The position numbers and the translations under genes were made by a program. A stretch of DNA of 64,000 nucleotides, taken from the NCBI RefSeq assembly GCF_009914755.1, contig NC_060942.1; one strand, 5' to 3'. The stretch comes from the human T2T-CHM13v2.0 reference genome, Homo sapiens. Shown in pieces: positions 14,200 to 30,465 of this stretch (its first letter is position 1; the number at the start of each line of letters is the position of its first letter). Under the pieces are notes generated by a model. That model did not search any database. It had not been told where the DNA came from and worked only from the letters and a program-made list of their open reading frames with translations.

Positions 14200-14466
14200 G
14201 GCCAGGCGCGGTGGCTCACGCCTGTTATCCCAGCGCTTTGGGAGGCCGAGGTGGGCAGATCACCTGAGGTCAGGAATTTGAGACCAGCCTGGCCAACATG
14301 ACGAAACCCTTTCTCTACAAAAATACAAAAATTAGCCAGGCATGGTGGCGCATGCCTGTAATCCCAGCTATGTAGAAGGCTGAGGCAGGAGAATCAAGCC
14401 TCTCGGGAGGCTTGAACCCGGGAGGCAGAGGTTGCAGTGAGCCGAGATCATGCCACTGCACTCCAG
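14200..14466 (+). mobile_element. Alu (AluS-like) lacking 3' end and tail
   Basis: Alu stops at CACTCCAG and abuts L1 sequence. Confidence 0.88.
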
Positions 14467-14647
14467 TTTCTAAATTTCTAAGGATTATTTTTTCTAATTC
14501 TGTGAAAAATGGCATTGGTAATTTTATAGGGATTGTGTTGAATCTGTAGATTTCCCTGGAAAGTATGGTCATTTTAATGATATTGGTTCTTCCAATTCAT
14601 GAGCATGAGATGTTTTTCCATTTGTTTGTGTCATCTATAATTTCTTT

Positions 14648-14895
14648 TTTTTTTTAATTATACTTTAAGTTTTAGGGTACATGTGCACAACGTGCAGGTT
14701 AGTTACGTATGTATACATGTGCCATGTTGGTGTGCTGCACCCATTAACTCGTCATTTAACATTAGGTATATCTCCTAATGCTATCCCTCCCCCCTCCCCC
14801 CACCCCACAACAGGCCCCAGTGTGTGATGTTCCCTTTCCTGTGTCCATGTGTTCTCACTGTTCGGTTCCCACCTATGAGTGAGAACATGCGGTGT
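14648..14895 (-). mobile_element. 5'-truncated L1PA 3' end inserted in the older L1
   Basis: 'TTATACTTTAAGTTTTAGGGTACATGTGCACAACGTGCAGG' L1PA 3' UTR; TSD CATCTAT(A/G)ATTTCTTT at 14632-14647 and 14896-14911. Confidence 0.9.
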
Positions 14896-14977
14896 CATCT
14901 ATGATTTCTTTCATCAATGTATTGTAGTTCTCCTTTTAGAGATCTTTCACCTTCCTGGTTAAATATATTCCCAGGTA

Positions 14978-15070
14978 GCTGAGATCGTGCCACTGCACTC
15001 CCACCTGGGTGACAGAGCAAGACTCCATCTAAAAAATAAATAAATAAATAAAAATAAAAAATAATAAATG
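14978..15070 (+). mobile_element. Alu 3' fragment with (AAAT)n tail
   Basis: GCTGAGATCGTGCCACTGCACTCC...GACTCCATCT plus A-rich tail. Confidence 0.8.
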
Positions 15071-15657
15071 TGTAGCTATTATAAATGGGCTTGCCTTCTT
15101 GATTTGGTCCTCAGCTAGATCATTATTGATGTATACAAATGCTACCAATTTCTGTACATTAATTTTGTATCCTGAAACTTTCCTGAATTCATTTATCAAA
15201 TCTAATAGTTTTTTGGTGGAATCTTTGGGGTTTTCTAGATATAAGATCATATCACAGCAAATAGTCTAATTTGACTTCTTTTCTAATTTTGATGCCTTTT
15301 TTTTTCTCTTGCCTGATTCCTCTGGTGAAAACTTTCAGTACCATGTTGAATAAGAGTGGTAAAAGTGTTCTTGTTCTAGTTCTTAGAGGGGATGCTTTCA
15401 ACTTTTCCCTATGAAGTATAGTGTTGGCTGTGGGTTTGTTGTATATGGCCTTTACTCTATTGAGGCCCATTCCTTCTATGCCTAGTTTGTTGTGGATTTT
15501 TATCATGCATGAAGGGATGTCAAATGTTATCAAGCATTTTTTCTGTGTCTATTGAGATAATCTGTTTTTGTTATTAATTCTGTTTATGTGATGTATCATG
15601 TTTATTGATTTGCATATGTTAAACATTCCTTGCATCCCTGGGATAAAACCCATCTGA

Positions 15658-16033
<376 letters not shown>

Positions 16034-16343
16034 ATGTATTATGTTTCTGATGTGCTACTGGATTCAATTTGCTAATATTTTGTTGAGGATTTTTGTGTTT
16101 ACGTTCATCGGAGATATTGGTTTGTGGTTTTGTTGTTGTTGTGTCCTTGTCCGGTTTGGGTATCAGGGTGATACACCTCCTTGATTTTTCAGAATAGTTT
16201 CCAGAGGATCAGTATTAGTTCTTGTTTGCATGTTTGGTAGAATTTGGCCATGAATCCATCTGGTCCTAGACTTTTTTTTTTTTTGCCTTGGGGTTTTTTT
16301 TTTATTACTAATTCAATTTTGCTGCCCGTTATTGATCCATCCA

Positions 16344-16702
16344 TGTATTAATCCATTTTCACGCTGCTGATAAAGACATACCTGAGACTGGGAAATTTAC
16401 AAAAGAAAGAGATTTAATGAACTCACAGTTCCACGTGGCTGGGGAGGCCTCACAATCGTGGTAGAAGATGAAAGGCACGTATCACATGCCAACAGACAAG
16501 AGAAGAGAACTTATGCAGGGAAACTCCCCTTTATAAAACCATCAGATCTCATGAGACTTATTCATTATCACGAGAACAGCATGGGAAAGACCTGCCCCCA
16601 TGATTCAATTACCTCCCACTGGGTCCTTCCCACAACACATGGGAATTGTCGAAGCTACAACTCAAGATGAGTTTTGGGTGAGGACACAGCCAAACTATAT
16701 CA
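16344..16702 (-). mobile_element. THE1 (MaLR) solo LTR
   Basis: - strand begins TGATATAGTTTGGCTGTGTCC; TG..CA ends; 5-bp TSD ATCCA at 16339-16343 and 16703-16707. Confidence 0.9.
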
Positions 16703-18171
16703 ATCCAGGTGTTCTGTTTCTTCCTCGTTCAATCTTGGCAGGTTATGTTTTTCCAGGAATTTATCCATTTCCTCTAGATTTTCTAGTTGGTGAGTGTGCA
16801 GCTACCCATAATAGTCTCTAATGAGCTTTTGTATTTCTGTGGTTTCAGTTGTAATGTCTCCTTTTTCATTTCTGATTGTGTTTATTTGGATCTTCTCTCT
16901 TCTTTGTTAGTCTAGCTAGTGGTTTATCATTTTTGTTTATCTTTTCAAAGAACCACTTTTCATTTCAATAATCCTTTGTATTTTTAAATCTCTATTTCAT
17001 TTAGTTCTGCTCTAATCTTTGCTATTTCTTTTCTACTACTAACTTTGGGGTTTGGTTTGTTCTGGTTTTTCTAGTTCCTTGAGGTGTAACATTAGATCAT
17101 TAATTTGTGATCTTTCTACTTTTTTGATGTAACTTCTCACCTGGTGCTGCTTTTGCTGTATCTCACGTGTTTTGGTATGATGTGTTTTCATTTTCATTCT
17201 TTTCAAAAAAATTTTTAACTTCTGTCTTCATTTATTCATTGACCCAGCAATTGTTCAGGTGCATGTTGTTTAATTTGTATAGATTCCAAAGTTCCTCTTG
17301 ATATTGATTTCTAGCTTTATTCCACTGTGGTCTGAGAAAATACTTGATCTAATTCTGATTTTTAAAAATTTGTTAAGACTTGTTTTGTGGCCTAACATGT
17401 GGTTTATCTTGGAGAACATCCCATGTACTGATGAAAAGAATGCACCTTGTAGTTGTATGTGGTTTGGGGGCAGAATGTTCTGTAAATGTCTGTTAAGTCT
17501 ATTTGGTCTAAAGTCCAATTTAAGTCCAATGTTTCTTTGTTAATGTTCTGTCTCTGTGATTTCTCTAGTGCTGTGAGTGGGGTATTAAAATCCCCTGCTA
17601 TTATTGTATTGCTGTCTATCTTTCTTTAGGTCTAGTAATATTTGTTTTGTGAATTTGGGTGCTCTGATGTTGGGTGCATATATATTTAGAATTGTTATAT
17701 CCTCTTGCTGAATTGATCCCTTGATTATTATATAATGGCCTTCATTTTTTTAAATTATATTATGTTTTTGGTTTAAAGTCTGTTTTATCTGATATAAGCA
17801 TAGCTATTCCTGCTCACTTTTGATTTCCATTTACTTGGAATCTCATTTTCCACCTCTTTACTTTTAGTCTATGTGTTTTTATGGGTAAGGTGAACTTATT
17901 GTAGGCAGCATATAGTTGGATCATGTTTTTTAAATCCATTCTACCAAACTCTACCTTTAAAGTGGCACGTTTAATCCATTTATATTCAAGGTTAATATTG
18001 ACACAGGAGGCTTTGTTCCTGTCAAATTGCTGATTGTTTTCAAGTCGTTTTTATAAATTCTTTGTTTCTTTTCTTTCCTTGTCTTTGTGGTTTGATGAAA
18101 TTCTGTTGTGTTGCCATTTGATTCCTTTCTTTTCCTCCTTTGTGTTGCTGTTTTATACGAACTGTGAACTT

Positions 18172-18408
18172 TCTAGATTTTCTAGTTGGTGAGTGTGCAG
18201 CTACTCGTAATAGTCTCTAATGATCTTTTGTATTTCTGTGGTTTCAGTCGTAATGTTTCCTTTTTCATTTCTGATTGTGTTTATTTGGATCTTCTCTCTT
18301 CTTTGTTAGTCTAGCTAGTGGTTTATCATTTTTGTTTACCTTTTCAAAGAACCGCTTTTCATTTCAACAGTCCTTCGTATTTTTAAATCTCTATTTCATT
18401 TAGTTCTG
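18172..18408 (+). repeat. 237-bp dispersed direct duplicate of 16773-17009
   Basis: Ungapped alignment at offset 1399, about 10 substitutions by manual count. Confidence 0.9.
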
Positions 18409-19126
18409 TGTGTCTTTTATATTTCTGTGTGTTTTCATAATGGTGAAAATTAACCTTTCACTTCCATGTTTAAGACCCCTTTGAGCATTTCCTGTACAGC
18501 TGATCTAGTGGTGACAAATTCCCTCAGCATTTGCTTGTCTGGGAAGGAGTTTATTTCTCCTTGATTTATGAAGTCAGCTTCTGGCAGGACACAAAACTCT
18601 TGACTGACAGGTTCTGCTTAAGTTTAATATTTTTCTGTGGCTGCTAATTGTTCACATGTTTTCATTATGAAGTAATTTTAATGCCACTTTGGTGGGCTGT
18701 TAATCCCTTTGGGGGCCTCATGCAAGCAAGAGCTAGCACAAAGGATCAATTTAGGTCTTGTTCTGGGGGTTACCTAGAGGGGCAGCAAAACCTCAGTAGG
18801 GTAAGCCATAAATAATCTAAAGTTCCTAAGAGCTGAAGAAGAAGGAAATGGCCATCCAAAATAGAGCTGTACTTGCCCCAGCTAGGGAAATTAGGAACGA
18901 GAGATACCCAGTGATGAGGGTTGGGTCTTTGAAGAAGTGTCTATTAATATGGCCACCAGAGAGCTCTAAACATCTGCCAAGTTTCTAGAGCCCCCTGTTA
19001 GCTCAACATAACAGTACCAGCCAGGTAAGCATTCCTTGTACCCCATACCTCTTCTCCCTTCCTGCAGTTTATGCTTGCAGGGTCAGAAACCACACTTGGC
19101 AAACTGCAGAAGAAAAGGTAAAAGCA

Positions 19127-19420
<294 letters not shown>

Positions 19421-19954
19421 AAAAGGTAAAAGCATTAGATGGAATCACATGGAAACAGCCTACCTCCTTCCTTCCTCACTGCAGGCTTCTCATCTGAGCT
19501 CGGGAAAGGAGGAGCCTCCTAGATTTGATTATGTGATGATTACCCAAGATTGGACATTTTAATTACTAATTGCAAGACCTTTTTATTGCACATGAATAAA
19601 TGGAATAGTCATATTGTCCCAAATTTAATCGAGGGTGGGACAAAGACTAATTCCACAGAATACATTTAAAGCAATAGTGGGAGTTAAAAGTAAAATTGCA
19701 TTATAATTAGACCCTCCAAGTCCTGCCTGTTTAACTTAAGGTTGCTCACACTACTGAGGCGAGATAGAAAAGTAGTTGGTGAATTTCAACTGGAAAAGTG
19801 TAGCCATGGGAAGGAACCTAGGAGTCTCATCTCTCTCCTGAAGTTAATCTGCCCAATGTCTCAAAGGCCTCAAGAACTGTTCTCAGGGAAGTATTAGAAT
19901 GCAAATAAAACCACCATTCTACTTTTGACTAGAAATCCTCTGGTGGTTGCCTGA

Positions 19955-20130
19955 GATGGGGAGGTATTGTTTAATGGGTATAGAGTTTCAGTTGGGGAAG
20001 ATGAAAAAGTTCTGGAGATGAATGGTGATGTCACAACAATGTGAATGTACTTAATGCCACTAAATTGCACGCTAAAAAATGTTAAAATGGAAAATCTTAT
20101 GTATTGTATATTTCATCACAATAAAAAAAT
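19955..20130 (+). mobile_element. L1MB-like 3' terminal fragment
   Basis: 'TTTAATGGGTATAGAGTTTCAGTTGGGGAAGATGAAAAAGTTCTGGAG...CACAATAAAAAAA'. Confidence 0.7.
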
Positions 20131-21480
20131 AGCATAGGATGATTGTTTATCCACTGGGAAAATAAAATAAAATAATCATTATTACCTCTAAAACCAAAAT
20201 AAAACCCTGATGGATGCTTTGCCAGTTAAAGCATCTTCAGAAAGATGACAAGAAGTTAGACACTGTATCCACAGGAACAATTTGGCTTAGGCAGAAAAGG
20301 GAGATTTGTAGGCTCACCCAACTGAACTGCAGGAAAGGTGGGTATGAGCTGGACCTCAGGACTGACCACACCTGGGACTGGAACACCACCCGCCCTTTCT
20401 CTGTCTCTTGTTTCTGCTTCTCTCAGTGCACCAGCCACTCTCTCCCACCACAGACTGGCTTCTTCTGCACAGCCTGTGGGACATGGCCACCGAACAGCTC
20501 AGACTCATACCTCACAGGTTTGCCACCTGAGCAAACCCAAGATCTTCCATCTGGTTGAAGGTCAGAAGTCTCAGGACTGAATTTGGGGAACATGCCTATC
20601 TGTAGCCAATCACTGAGTTAGGGAAGCAGATCAGTCAGAAACTGGGGGATCCCATTAAACCACACTGTGGAAAGCAGTATTCCTGAGAACAGAGTGCTAC
20701 TCCACTCTAGGCAGACAAAGCAGTAGCCACCAGCTATCTGCACAGTCCTTCCCTTCTCTGGAACAGATCCCAAACAGTGCTGGGAAGACCTCAGCAGCAC
20801 AGTTGGACCACCTATGTGCTCCTTCCGCCCTCATTACTTGTACATCCTGGATCCCTGGATTTCTTAGCTAATGCTGGGTTGGCAGAAATGAGGGGGAGGG
20901 GAGCAGTAGAATCCTGCCCTAAATTGCAGCCAGTCATCTGAGGTCATTTTTTCCTTGTCAATGCTATATCCCCAGAGGGTTGGACCCTTCTCTATTCTGT
21001 TATGCTTTATTCAGACAATTTCTAGAACAATGTTGGCCAGTATAGATGATTCCCGTCATTTTATCTCTACTACCTAGGTCCAAAGATTCCCCCCACAACC
21101 TTGTGAATCTCTGACTCAGTGTTATTAGTCTTAAAAACCCAGGTGCTGAACCAGACTATGCTGTGCTCCTCTTTGGAGTGAATCTTGGATTATCAAATAA
21201 TCAAATAATGGCTAAGATCAGCCCTTGTTTCCCCATGTCCCTGCTTAGTGCCAGCTCTGTCTTCATCCCCTCCCAGGCTTGGCCACCCTTCTGCTGAGAT
21301 GCACCCTAGCATGTTGCCCATAAAGGAATGTGAAAAAAGTATCTACACTTCTGAAGATAGTGTGCTCCACCCTTCAAAGCTTTAGGAAGATAAATTTAGA
21401 CATAAAACAGGAAGTATTTCTCTGTGTGGCTAAGAGTGATCTAAGAGAAGTTATTTCCTCAAGATATTTTGAAGCTGTAG

Positions 21481-22005
<525 letters not shown>

Positions 22006-24358
22006 TAGGAAGAGACAGAGAAAAATCTCTCCAGGCTACAAGACTGTCTGATGCTGAAGGTCTTGGCCTAGGTCAGCTAAGGTGCTCTTTAGGGTTGATA
22101 TTCTGTGATTGTTAAACAGGTGACTAAATATGTATCTGTGTCAAGCTACTCTTATTATCATTAAACAGTTCTTGACTGCTTACTTTATTAAAATATAAGA
22201 ATTTCCAAGAGCTTCGGACCTCTGATCTATATATAACAGAACTTCATTAAGTATAACTCACTAAGTCACTTAGTGAAAAGCTTGAACTACAGAATAGTCT
22301 AACTAATTGCCCTTTCAAATAGGCATTTAACAATAATTTCAACTAGCCTCCTACAAAACTGTTTCACAGCAAAGCTTTCACTGATGTTTTTGCAAAATGA
22401 ATTTAATTACTAATTATCATATAAGGATTAGCATATAGCTGATATGTAAATGTCTTAGGTATGATTTAAACTGTTGAGTCAACTGAACATGTACCTTCCT
22501 CTCCCACTTCCTCCAACAAATAAATCTTACTTGTATTTTAATTTAATACTGTGTCCATTCTTCTGAAATAGCTGTTTATTCTGAACATCTAATTTTAGAC
22601 ATATAACTAATATGGTACAATTTTCAACTGCCGGTTATTTAAATGCTGCCCCCTCCCTGACACAAATAAATCTTATTTACATATTATTTGCTTCATAAGT
22701 ATTCCACCATCCTGCAGTCACTGTGATCATTGTCCCCAGCTAGTCTTTGATCTGTGATAATTGTCCACAGGTAGTCTTTGATCATATGTTCTCCTGTGTG
22801 GAGGAACTAATATGTCCTTCCAACTCTGCCCAGCCTTCAGGTACAATTTAGGCCCCTACTTTTCTCTTAGGCTTTCTTCAGCCACTGTAACTTTTTTAAG
22901 TTTCTCCCTTATCCAAAGTCCCTTACTACTTAGAACCTCGGAAGTAAAGGGACCTCAGAGAACATCCAGTCCACGCTGCCCTCTGTTTAAATGTGTCTAC
23001 AGTGTACCACACCAAGGAACTCCCACACTCTGAATGAACAGCCCAGTGATCAGGAGCTTTGAATCAATTCTTGGCACCTAACAGTTTGTGAAGAGTCTGC
23101 TAAACTCCCTCTATCAGAAATCCCAGAGGACTGAGAACAGGTCATCCTTGGAGGTATGTAATACAGTATTTAACCACCTTTCTACCTGAGTGTGCTTACC
23201 TGCAAAGGGTAATGTCGATATTAACCGAGAATGATCATGGTTGTCACATTTAAACTAATAATAATAAAGTACACAATTTATTATGCAGAAAGAATCATGC
23301 CTTCATAATCAGTCTTCACAAAGATTCCTTTAACTCTCTGCACCCACCATTCCTAATCCTGGAAAATTATTTCTCTTTGCTCTTTGCTCATCCATAGGCC
23401 CTTTGACAAAAGTCTCCAGAAAACTACTGAACTACACACATCAACAATAAAGAAGTCCTAATGTCCAAAACCTTGCTTGTCACTTTTTTGTTTGTATAAT
23501 TTATCTCCACAACTAGATCATAGGCTTCTAGAAAACATGAGTTCTGTTTTAAATTTTGTGCCCCTTGGCAGCTGTATCTGAATGGAGTCAGGATCTGGAA
23601 GCCCAAGTCTCCTTGTCAATGTCTGCTTGGTTCCCAAGGACACCTGTAAATGGAAGAGGGGCATAGTACACAGAAGACATTGCTGGCAAGTGTGGTCTCT
23701 TTACGATCAGGTGAGTCATCTGCTGAAATCTTTATAATAGACTTCTACCTTGATGGAATGGGTTGGACTAACGAGGAACCACCATTACTCCAAGGCCCAG
23801 AGCAGAGCTGGGCCATCAACTGTCTCCACACTTCCTGTCTTCTAGGTGCCACCCTGATCCCTCATTGCCTTTCAGCTGCATGTCTAAATCCCCACCCCAC
23901 CCCTCATCTAGTTGGCTTTGATTCCAAGGACCTAGGACTGGAGTAGGGCTTTCACAAATAAGACAGCAGGAATGTAATGCAACCTAATGAGCAGACTAAG
24001 AAAGCATCTATACAGAAGAACAGACATACAAATACCAAGGCAGATAAGAGTGACAAAAGACAAAAAAAAAAAAAAAAAAAAAGAGAGAGAGAGAGAAAAA
24101 GCTGAAGCCGGTCAGAATTCATCAGGGGATGGTGTATGTCTACCACCTCAGTGGTCCTTTAAAGGTAAACGGGCTTATTTTTCATGCACCAGCCTATGGT
24201 CCCTTCACTGGGACACTCTCAACATCCCCGGCTTTTTATAACTCTGGCTGGAAAGGTCAGCTCTGAACTGTTCCTGGGCAGGGAAAGGAGTTCACATAGG
24301 GATTGGGGATGGAGTACGGGAGCAGAGGAGCAGTGCCTATGTTAGAAACCGGTAGGAA

Positions 24359-24665
24359 GGCCGGGCGCGGTGGCTTGCGCCTGTAATCCCACCACTTTGA
24401 GAGGCTGAGGTGGGTGGATCAACTGAGGTCAGGAGTTTGAGACCAGCCTGACCAATATGGTGAAACCTCATCTCTACTAAAAATATAAAAATTAGCTGGG
24501 CGTGGTGGCATGTGCCTGTAGTCCCAGCAGCTGGGCAGGAGAATTGCTTGAACCCAGGAGGTGGAGGTTGCCGTGGGGCAAGATCGTGCCACTGCACTCC
24601 AGCCTGGGTGACAGAGGAAAACTCTGGTTTCAGAAAAAAATAAAATAAAATAAAATAAAATAAAA
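24359..24665 (+). mobile_element. Alu (AluS-like), small internal deletion, (TAAAA)n tail
   Basis: GGCCGGGCGCGGTGGCT start and A-rich tail. Confidence 0.9.
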
Positions 24666-25089
24666 GCAGCAGCAGCAGCTGGTAGGAGCTGGATGCCTGG
24701 AAGAATAAAGAGCCTTTCTCCCTTAGGAGTGAGCCTAATAGATGGATCTTTACTCCCTTTCTCCTGGGCCCTCTACTGGTCTTTGCTTCTCCCATTTTTC
24801 ACATTCTGACTGCATATACATACATGGCAATATATAGAGAATTTGGCCCCTTGACTCTCACCAGAAGCACCCCCCCAGCCCCATGACTCTGATTTCTTCA
24901 ATGACATACGTTAAGTACTTTTTCTCCAAAGGTGAAATGATCCTAGGCTTTCTCAAGGGCAATGATTCTGAGCCTTACCCACATTTTAGAATCAGCTTAG
25001 GAAACACAAAAAAATCTCAATGACCAGGCAGCACCCCCAAGCCAATCAAGTAAGAATCTGGGGTGTAAGACTCAGACATGAGTATATTT

Positions 25090-26510
25090 TTTTAAATTGT
25101 TTATTTTTATGGGGACCTAGCAGGTATCTATATTTATGGGATATGTGAGCAATTTGGATACAGGCAAACAATATATAATAATCACATTGGGGGAAATGGG
25201 GTGTCCATCACCTCACGCATTTCTCATGTCTTTGTATTACAAACATTCCAATTATGCTTTTAGTTATTTTTAAGTGTACAATGAATTTTTTTTTACTTTA
25301 GCCACAGATCTAGGTACATTTTTAAACTCCCCAAATGATTCTAATATGCAGTCAAGGCTGAGCCAGCTGCCCTGGAGATGGTCCATCCCTTTTCAGGCCT
25401 CGCTGCACATCAGACTCATCTGAGGAACTTTTAAAACCACTGTTGCCTGTGCCCCACCCAAACCAATTAAAATCACTGTCTCTGGGGACTACAGCCAAGA
25501 TATCAGTATGATTCTTTTTGTGTGTGCGATAAACTATATATAACATAAAATTTACCTTTGAACTATTTTTGAGTGTGCAAATCAGTGGCCTTAAGTCCGT
25601 TTGCAGTGTGTACAGCCATCCCCAGAACTTCTTCATCGTCTCAAACAGAAACTCTGTACCTATTAAACAATACCTCCCCATTCCCTTCTCCCACTAGCCC
25701 CTGGCAATCACTTTTCTACTTCCTGTCTCTATGAATTTGACCATGTGAAGTACCTCCTATAAGCAAAGTTGTACAATATTTGTCCTTTTGTGTCTTATTT
25801 CACTTAGCACAAACTTTCTAGGTTTATCCATGCTGAGCATGTATAAGAATATCATTCCTTTTTTATGGGCCAGACATAGTGGCTCATGCCTGTCATCCCA
25901 GGAGTGGGAGGGATCATACGCCGTTGGGAGACCGAGGTGGGAGGATGGTTTGAGCACAGGAGGGGTTCAAGACTAGCCTGGGCAACAAAGGGAGACCCTA
26001 TCTCCAAAAATATAGAAGAAGCTGGGCACGGTGTTTCACGCCTGTAATCCCTGCACTTTGGAAGGCCGAAGTGGGCTGATCACTTCAGGCCACGAATTTG
26101 AGACCAGCCTGGCCAACGTGGCGAAACCCCCTCTCTACTGAAAAATACAAAAATCCTCTGGGTATGGTGGTGCACGTCTGTAATTCCAGCTGCTCTGGAG
26201 GCTGAGGCACGAGAATTGCTTGAACCTGGGAGGCGGAGGGTGCAGTCAGTCGAGGTGGCGCCACTGCACTCGAGCCTGGGAGACAGAGTGAGACCCTGTC
26301 TCAAAACAAAAATAAAACAAAAAATAAAAACAACAAACAGACACTTATTTTTGAAAAAAGAAAAGAGAATGTCGTTATTTCTATGGCTGAATATGATTCC
26401 ATTGTATGGATATACTACATTTTTTTAAAGAATTTTCAATTCTTTGGGGTATGTACCTAGCAGTGGCATTGTTGGATCATATGGTAATTCTGTTTAGCTT
26501 TTTGAGGAAT
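25090..26510 (-). mobile_element. L1MA/L1MB 3' fragments and MER5-like pieces, interrupted by Alus
   Basis: Antisense L1M 3' UTR motifs; - strand ORF 'GRYCLIGTEFLFETMKKFW' typical of L1MB ends. Confidence 0.6.
25868..26340 (+). mobile_element. Alu left monomer (25868-26010) followed by a full Alu (26021-26340)
   Basis: Two successive Alu 5' ends; the second is complete with an A-tail. Confidence 0.85.
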
Positions 26511-26597
26511 TCTTTATCCCTCATGTAACTCTTAGGTACAGCCAAGGGAGAGGAAGGAACGCTGATATGGCCAGCATTCCTCTTAAAACCTAAGAGT

Positions 26598-26941
<344 letters not shown>

Positions 26942-28351
26942 TTATTGAATGAATTTCTTCATAAATTATATGATAGTCCAATGCATTTGTTATTATCCCA
27001 CATTCAAAAAACTATTCTGTGGATTAATGTAGTTATTACCCGGTTGAAAATCCCATTTTCCATTCGAAATAACATCCCAATTGAAGTTTCCACCCACAGT
27101 TGAAATGTGTCCCCTGTGATAATTTAAGTTTCAGAGTTTCTTAATGATTTGCTTTGTAGATAATAAATTAGGCCTGATTCAAGACTTTTCCTATCACAAT
27201 GCCATTTTTGTAATAATGCCTGGTGTTATTCCTATTGTAATACTAATGCTCAGATAGCTTCTCTTGAATAGAAAGGAGAAGCTGTCTATATCCATATGAA
27301 CAAGTACATATAAATGTCTTCCATCTCATAAAGCATTGCCAGACTATCCTTTTCTATCAGGCCTCAACATTTCTACCTGAAAATTAACTGCAAGGATGTT
27401 TTACTACATTATAATATACCCTTCCTACCCAAGTGGTGTCTGCTCTAAGATGTCAACCACCTTTTGCAATACACTATTGCCCTTTCTGCAAATTGGACAG
27501 TTTCTTCAGAATTTACAACTTCTGTTTCAATGTAGGAGCCAGGTGGGATGCTTTACGCAGAGACAGGGATGGGTGGAGACAGACAGAAATACATGCAGTC
27601 TCCCTATAAAGGTTCTTCAATCCCATACCTCAATGTATACAAATCTGTAAAAATGTATACATGGATAAACATACATCAAATAGAGAAATCCCAAAGTTCA
27701 CTTTGGGGAAAAAAAAAAGAAAAAGTTGCCAACCAGTCTAAGCAATACTGAAAACCACTGTTGTCTCAAATAATTGATGAATCTCTTACCTTTTTCTTGT
27801 TGCTTTACCATTTTTAAAAAATGTGTCTGAAGTTTTACAACCATTCCTGGATGTGAAGTGGAACGATAGTGGTTTGGGGCATCAGCTGGGGTAGGTCAGG
27901 GGGATAGGAAAAGCAGAGGAGAGTCAGTGCCACCTGGAGAGTTGATTGAGCTGAGAGGAGAAGTGGCAGCACCTGTGAGTTTTGAGATCTACTAGGTATG
28001 TTCTAAGATAGCACTTTCTAAAGGAAAATCCATAGAACACTAGTTCTGGGACACACTTAGCAAAAACAGGCCCAGTAAGTAAAGAAGTTTGGAGACACTC
28101 TATATACCGGTGAAGCCACAACATATTGCAGTTTCTTAAAGGCTCTGAGACACACAGAAAAGAAACCTGAAAAACTTTAACACAGCGTTTACCAAATTAG
28201 TTTTGCCATGGAGCTCTTTTTGTAAGTAATGCACTAATAATGTGTTTCAAGGAACTGGTGTTCCCCAGGACATAACTTGGGAAATTTTGCTCTAGAGCAA
28301 CTGGATACTCTTGCAACCATTGTTCTTATATCCCTGGACCTTCAAACCCTA

Positions 28352-28653
28352 TTATTATTATTTTGAGACAGAGTTTTGCTCTTGTCACCCAGGCTGGAGT
28401 GTGATGGCGCAATCTCATCTTGGGTCGCTGCAACCTCTGCCTCCCGGGTTCAAGCGATTCTCCTGCCTCAACCTCCCAAGTAGCTGGGATTACAAGCATG
28501 CATCACCAGGCCTGGCTAATTTTTTGTATTTTTAGTAGAGATGGGGTTTCACAATGTTGGCCAGGCTGGTCTCAAACTCCTGGCCTCAAGTGATCCGCCC
28601 GCCTCGGCCTCCCAAATTGCTGGGATTACACGCATGAGCCACCGCACCCGGCC
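28352..28653 (-). mobile_element. Alu (AluS-like)
   Basis: Antisense Alu; flanking repeat CTTCAAACC(C/T)TATT. Confidence 0.9.
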
Positions 28654-29173
28654 CTTCAAACCTTATTCATTCCTCCTAGTGTTCCAAGCCCTCATTCAAC
28701 CACAGCTTCTCACAACTCTCATTTCCTTTTATTAGCCACTTTTCTTTCCAAGACAATGTCTATCCCATCCCTTGAATGCCACATATTAAAATCCACCTCC
28801 TGCACCTTTGCCCCTTCTCATTTCCCCCACTTGGAACATATCCATCCCTTCCTTCAAGATCCAGCCCTAAACTCTGACTATAGGAAGCCTTTTCTGAAGA
28901 AGTCCACTTACATGGAATGTTCAGTTATTTAAATTCTGCTTTATTTAATCCTAGTGTATCACAGAGAAACTGCTGGTGATACAGTTACATGAATCTTCTC
29001 TTGGGAATAATTTGTCATCTCTACCTTTCATACTTACTCATTTAACAACCAGGCTAAATCTAATACCATTGCCCTCTCTACTGCACGTTTACTATATTCC
29101 ATACACCAGAAATGTTTGTTTCATTTCCTTCTGACTAAACCAAGTAGAATGTAGAATAACACATTTGAAAGTT

Positions 29174-29507
<334 letters not shown>

Positions 29508-30032
29508 TCAGTTTGCCCCTCCTCTCCATGCCCAATGTTGTGGCTCTTGGTGGAGGCCTTTTTTTCCCATCTACATTACCAGAATACTTCTTGGACTTCC
29601 ACTCTTTCCCCTCCCCACATTGCTGCCCGAGAGATGTTTCAAAAATCCAAAAGTGAAATCACTATCCTGCTTAAAATATTTCAATTACTCTCCATCACTT
29701 AAAGCAGTGTTTCTCAAACTGTAAACATTTAGCTTTAGGGGTTTTGACATATCCACATACCACCTGTTCTCTTGGGTATTTAATATACTTCCTTAAACAA
29801 AATCAAATTTTAACAAGTAAATTTGATATAGTCCTAATCAATACTATTAGTTGAAATGGCAATTTTGATTGGCAGCTATTTTTCTTTTCTGTATTAATGT
29901 ATAACTATTAAGATAAAAATGTTCATCCATGTTATGACTTAAAAGCATCTTGTATAACACCAGTGGGGCATAGATGGCTCTGTGGTAGGTATGTATCTAC
30001 AGAATAAAATCTCAGCTTTTGGCATGACATAA

Positions 30033-30465
<433 letters not shown>

